NCBI GenBank assembly: GCA_977018835.1
Contig: OZ361256.1
Coordinates: forward strand, 7,068,001-7,132,000
From: Minutocellus sp. GHC0000111
Lineage: Eukaryota
Direction: 5' to 3'
DNA: 64,000 bases
Shown: positions 58,993 through 64,000 of the stretch, in pieces
Layout: each line of letters begins with the position of its first letter
Numbering within the stretch: the first letter of the stretch is position 1
The notes under the pieces: generated by a model
Database searches by the model: none
The model's input: the letters and a program-made list of their open reading frames with translations, nothing else
Told to the model about the DNA's origin: nothing
Made by a program: the position numbers and the translations under genes

Positions 58993-59838
58993 TGTTTATT
59001 TCAATGTCGCCAATCAAATCAATTTTCCTGCAAAGGTACAGTTATTCCGTGATGGTAGGTTCGGTGCCAGCAACAGAGAGCAATAGAATGCAAAGATATC
59101 GGCGGCTTCGGCTTCGGCTTTTCCAGTCACTGCTGATGGATGATGAGTTCTTCGCCGATCCTCAAGATACGCCACAAACGAGATTAATAGACGTGCGAGA
59201 AAACGCAGCAAATTGGACTGAACCGGCACCGCTACAAAGTTGAAGTCGAAGAATGCAAGCGATTGCCTCTCTCGTGGAGAAATTGGGAGAGCAATAACAA
59301 TCAGATGTGCTGCTGCTCTTGGCTCAAGCTCCAAAATAATGATTTGATGATAAATATGCCCTTCGCAAATTAAGAGGGCGCTGTCCATAACTTTTAGGAA
59401 GCCCCCAAAATGCGTGTTTTGTGCCGTTTTTTCTTCGCACCATCGCCAAAGTTAGCACTCCAACGTGACAATGGGCTCCTCATCGAAGGCCGCCGCTCTC
59501 CACAGTGGCGAAGAGTCATCGACGTTCCTTTCAGCATTAAGTCGGAAATCCCTCCAGGAACACTTGGTTCAGAGGAACTTCGATGAATCAACTCTCCCTC
59601 AGAAACATAGCAGTCGACGCACACGTCATCGTCGGATCGACCGAAATTAGTCTCGGCCGACGCATAACCAGCATTGGTGGTGCTGGTGGGAAGATATCTT
59701 GAAGTTTTGCTGTTGGGAGGTAAGGGGATATTTGTTTGGGGTATTTTTGCACGTCTCCCTCATTTGGGGTTCTTTTTGTAAGGTTCTCATCGAAAAGCGC
59801 ATCTTGCGCCAGAACCGACACAAAACAAAAAAAACAAC

Positions 59839-61434
59839 CATGGAAACGTCACGTGCTAACGCCAAGGAGGCAATCCTCTCACTCTTGCTCTCATTCCCAG
59901 ACGACGTCAGATGTACTTACTACACTATTGATGAGCTTGTCCGTATCTTGATGCGCGGTGGCGCATCGCCGAGCTTAGAGATCTCTCTTGTTCGATCATC
60001 TCTTCAACACGTCCCAACACGACACGAGGTCAACATCCAACGACGACGTCCAGAGAAAATGTCAGGCCTTGACGTTGCAAAGCCCTTCTACCGCTTCTCC
60101 AGAATAGCCGATAACGCCAGCCCACGCTCTCAACGCAATGGCAAGCGATCACTGCCGACCATGCCTGAAAATTGCTTCCAGGACGATGAAAAGCATGGGC
60201 CCCATCTCAACGCGACACTGAAATGTTGTTCCGACAAGAGTTCTTCGGGCGGTCGGTCATCTACTCCCACCGCCAACGCTACCGATCGTCCCAACATCAC
60301 CGGCGTGCAGCTCAACGGCAAAAGAATTGTGGTTGAGATGAAGCAGCTGCATGATTTTGTACAGAATCTCCACCGATCGTGCGGCAATCTGCATCTCTCG
60401 GCCGAGCCAGTTCGGCGTGGATTCGGCGTTACATTTGAATGGCGATGCGATAGATGCAACCAACCTTTTTCTTTTTGCACTTGGATCGGCCAGAGGTCAG
60501 AAGTTGTGTGCCCCGGCAGAAAGCATTCTAGAAGTCAGGCTGGAATGAACTTGGAGCTGATGGAGGCAGCGGAAGATGAGGCCATGTGCGCAAGTCGCTT
60601 CATGAATTTCTGCACGAAGGCCGACATCGTCCATCCGACCGAAAAGAATGCCTTGGAGTGATGGCAAGCTCGATGAGGAATGGAGCTCGGGGAATCAATT
60701 CGATGGCGACATATTGGAGATTAGTGACGACACGATTCGCAAGATGACGCTTGAAATAACCAAGAGAATCAACAAGAATACTGCCGACTCCAACTGCAAG
60801 AAGGAATCTACCACCGGCGTCGAACAGCTCAACGGGATGGTGACGAAAGTTCACGATGGGGAAAAGGCCGAATTTGACTGCTTCAGACGCCTACCCAAAT
60901 GCAACAAGTAGAGCCGCTGGCCACAAGTCACTGGGTACGGAATTCAATGAGCGAGTTCTTGGAAAGTTGGGATCGAGGGATTCTCCTACCCGAAAAGATG
61001 GATTCGATGCAATTGACCGGAAGCTCGAGGGCGACCTTGCGCGTAAGCGCACCGATGAGTACAAAAAGAGCAAGAGCGACAGCAAGCGCCTTCGAGCAGC
61101 CTTGCGAAACAGAAGCGAGAAAGACGACAAGGACTATGTGTACAAGAAGAACAGGGCCCTAGCTGCTGGTAAGGCGAAACCAGCAAAGCCTGGCCGCAAG
61201 AAGAAGATTGACCAGCAGTGTCAGAAATGCAAGCAGCTTGGCCACACTCGGGCTGAATGTCAATGCGACGATGCTGACGACGTTGTCGTTTACGCCGGAA
61301 AGAAGCGCAGAAGCCCAGGCAGCAACAAGAAATCTGCAAGAAATAATAAGAAAGCTAAGACAAACTTCGGTGTATCGGCAAATGATGTTAGCTCTTGGAT
61401 GCCGGCGATACTGAGAGAAAATGGCAGCTTGTAA
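59839..61434 (+). pseudogene. Kolobok transposase remnant
   Basis: GFGVTFEWRCDRC N-region, STTGVEQLNGMVTK..GKR (catalytic-E-like), C-terminal CQKCKQLGHTRAEC knuckle; three frames, first two catalytic Asp motifs not visible. Confidence 0.7.
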
Positions 61435-61538
61435 ACACGTGTAAAATATTTTATCACTGTAAATAAAAATGGATTTATTGTGTGCTGTTACTCACGTGCT
61501 ACGCACATTCTTGTTATCTACATGTGTTGAGGTAATGA

Positions 61539-62768
61539 TTATGCATTTTCCTCTTCTTCTTCCTCTTCATCTTGATGACCAGGGATGAATCCAACATATC
61601 GTTCACCTTTATCATTTGGATAAATGAACCTAATGCAAAAGACTAGACAGGTTGGCAAGGGCTTCCGATCAAGCCAACCTCTCACATGATACACCTCAGT
61701 TGCATAGTACCAATACAGCATGTTCCTCTTCAAATTATTTGCCATGGCTTCGACTGGCATGGTGGTTGCGTAGTATTTGTCAGCGATATCCTCCAGGTCC
61801 TCCTCCGTCGGCACCAGCATTTCTTCGCAGACGCATTTCTGAAAGAAGAGTGTGCCGTACATTGAGCAGCTTCGGTTGGCGGCAGTGCAGCAAGCAGGGG
61901 GTATTGGCGGCCTCTCTCTGGTCTCGTCCCAATTACCGAATGTGTCTGCCTCCGGCGCTGCCGTCGGATCATCGTCGGCTTCCTCACAAACGGCCGCAAC
62001 AAGAGCATCCGTGTCCGATCTGATCGCTGCTGATGGCCCACCATCTACCTGCAGAAGTTGGCCCATTCCAACAATATCAAAATCAACTAGTCCAATCCCA
62101 GCAGTAGAGTGTATGTCATCATATGGAGCCACATGCCATCGGTGGAACTTTGTCAATTTGATCACATGGCCCTGTTGTAGACTTCGGGCCTTTTCGGTAA
62201 TTGTCAGGGCAACACGAGCGACGATAAGCTTTCCGCTTCCATCAAGCAAAGTAAGCGATGTGGTGTTGAAAGGTCGGCCGTGCGCAGCAAGAGCCGATCC
62301 AATATCGATCCGTTTCCCATGAAGTTGAAATATAGGGAAGAATTCAGGTCCGGCGTCAAACATGGGATCTTGCAATTGATCGACGATGCCGACCGTCAGC
62401 CTCAACTTCACATCAGCCACGGACAGGTTGGTAACTACGAGGCCGGGCCGCTCAGCAGCGACATCAATATCATCCCGAACATGATACTTATCAGCGCGAG
62501 CCTCGACTGCTTTGACAAGATGTTGAAGTGCATGGCCGACGCCGGGATTGTTCCATAATTCTCGTCCTTGTCCGTTCGGGTCGTTCTCCAACGTGACGGC
62601 GAGGCCCTCCAGTATCTCGGTAACGGCGTCTTTCGCTTTGTCCTCCGCCTTCTCTTTCTTCTTGTCAACAGGCAAAATCGGGCGAGCGGAGTTATCTGTC
62701 TTGAGTTTCCTCAACCGCGTATCTGCGTTGTGGGCCGGGCCGGCACTATTATCAGCGCTGCGCTTCAT
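61539..62768 (-). CDS. KolX-like accessory protein
   Basis: C-terminal NNLKRNMLY...RKPLPTCLVFCIRFIYP...YVGF matches the KolX / P2X7 C-terminal pattern. Confidence 0.8.
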   Translation of the reverse strand: MKRSADNSAGPAHNADTRLRKLKTDNSARPILPVDKKKEKAEDKAKDAVTEILEGLAVTLENDPNGQGRELWNNPGVGHALQHLVKAVEARADKYHVRDDIDVAAERPGLVVTNLSVADVKLRLTVGIVDQLQDPMFDAGPEFFPIFQLHGKRIDIGSALAAHGRPFNTTSLTLLDGSGKLIVARVALTITEKARSLQQGHVIKLTKFHRWHVAPYDDIHSTAGIGLVDFDIVGMGQLLQVDGGPSAAIRSDTDALVAAVCEEADDDPTAAPEADTFGNWDETRERPPIPPACCTAANRSCSMYGTLFFQKCVCEEMLVPTEEDLEDIADKYYATTMPVEAMANNLKRNMLYWYYATEVYHVRGWLDRKPLPTCLVFCIRFIYPNDKGERYVGFIPGHQDEEEEEEENA

Positions 62769-62914
62769 CGTAATGAAGAGGGGGCAGAGCGGCGATTCTC
62801 ATGGTGGGGTCGAGTTTTTGTCATGCTTCGCTCGTCATAAGAAATAAGAATAAGGGGGATTAAAAACGGGGAAAATTATGGACAGCGCCCTCTTAATTTC
62901 CTTTCCACGAAACA

Positions 62915-63846
62915 ATGGGCCGCTTGCTCATCTCCGCCCCCATCCTTGCCGCACCAGTAGTGATAGTCGTAACAATGGCGATGACAGGATCAATGGCCGT
63001 CGCATGCCAAGCATTCGAGGTGGGCGCCATTGCAACATTGCGAGCATCGGCGAGAAGTGCCGGCGGCCGCGGCGGCATGCATTGGATGCGCATCCGTCCG
63101 TTTGGGCTTCCACGTCAGTGCAGCTCCCCACCGCCATTACACGCGTCATCCTCACCATTTGTACCCCTTGGCGCTGTTGCTGGACGTTCGCATCAGCGAG
63201 GTTTTGTACGGCCATTTCGGGAGGCAACACATTTTTTTCCAACAAGGCCATCTACGCAAATGCGGCCAACACTGATGGAGGGGGTTCGTCGTCCAATGAC
63301 GACAGTGATGATGCAAGTGACGACAATAATGGCGACCCTGTGACGCCCACATGGACATATGTGCCGTACCAACCGCCCAAGCCAGGACAGCAACGGCAAC
63401 AGCGACGACTATTTTCTTCCAACGGTGAATGGAAGGTTCCGAACAAGATTACTGTCCCAGAGGATCAGTTGGAGATCACATTCGTCCGGTCGTCTGGGGC
63501 AGGTGGGCAGAATGTCAACAAGGTCAACACCAAGGTGGAACTGCGTTTCTTGCTGGACGATGCCCGATGGATCCCGGCCGAAGTCCGATCCAGAATAAAG
63601 CAAAACGAGGCCAACCGAATAAACAAGGAGGGATATCTCACCGTGACTTCACAGGAATATCGAACTCAGGCTCAAAACCGCAAAGATGCCGTGAAGAAGG
63701 TAGAGGACATTGTTTTGAAGGCCTATCCCCGTCCCAAGGTACGGAAGATGCGAAAGGGCGTGTCCAAGGCTGCCAAGGAACGGAAGAAGCAGGACAAGAA
63801 GCACCGGAGCCAGACCAAGGCCAATCGAAAGAAGGTCGACTTTTGA
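62915..63846 (+). CDS. ICT1/ArfB-type peptidyl-tRNA hydrolase, organelle-targeted; probable frameshift at T-run 63232-63238
   Basis: FVRSSGAGGQNVNKVNTKV, RTQAQN, basic tail; ATG 62915 frame gives a signal-like peptide ending CQAF and joins if one T is added. Confidence 0.88.
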
Positions 63847-64000
63847 GTGTGAGATTTTGGATGATTGCTGATCATTGTGCTGCTGATTCTTGCTTGACAT
63901 TTTGTGTTGTGTGATGCATTCAGGGAACCGATACACTTGTGGTCTAAAGCTTGCTAGGAATTCCTATGTAGATTTATACAGCTATAGAGACACAAATATT

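Larger units (their letters stand above)
59374..62892. mobile_element. Kolobok DNA transposon, internally deleted
   Basis: 17-bp perfect TIR gagggcgctgtccataa / ttatggacagcgccctc, each flanked by TTAA (59370-59373, 62893-62896); two convergent genes. Confidence 0.88.

Noticed and set aside
57967..59052. 361-aa plus-strand ORF and other long overlapping ORFs
   Set aside because: Shadows of GC-rich coding sequence on the opposite strand

Overview
Gene-dense eukaryotic nuclear DNA, very probably a diatom (short GT-AG introns, bipartite plastid-targeting presequence, CoDi-type Ty1/copia). About 24 protein genes are supportable (organellar PheRS, SUV3, an MMPL-derived protein, glutamate-receptor-like channel, amino-acid permease, ING-SGF29 fusion, Fpg, TAF7, GCNA, HSF, a Tudor/CXXC/JmjC protein, SSF1/PPAN, ATG9, CaMK-like kinase, ICT1/ArfB and others), plus tRNA-Leu(AAG). 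Mobile DNA: a decayed DD39D mariner, a truncated copia bracketed by a 0.49-kb direct repeat, a TTAA-flanked Kolobok element and a MITE. The most striking signal is that the transposons, but not the host genes, appear hypermutated at TpA to TpG/CpA on both strands (conserved Tyr codons read Cys/His), like an inverse of fungal RIP, while gene 3' flanks are packed with TA-bounded palindromes. Several host genes carry single-base frameshifts, mostly in homopolymers, which look like assembly errors. All calls are by eye from sequence motifs; no searches were run.
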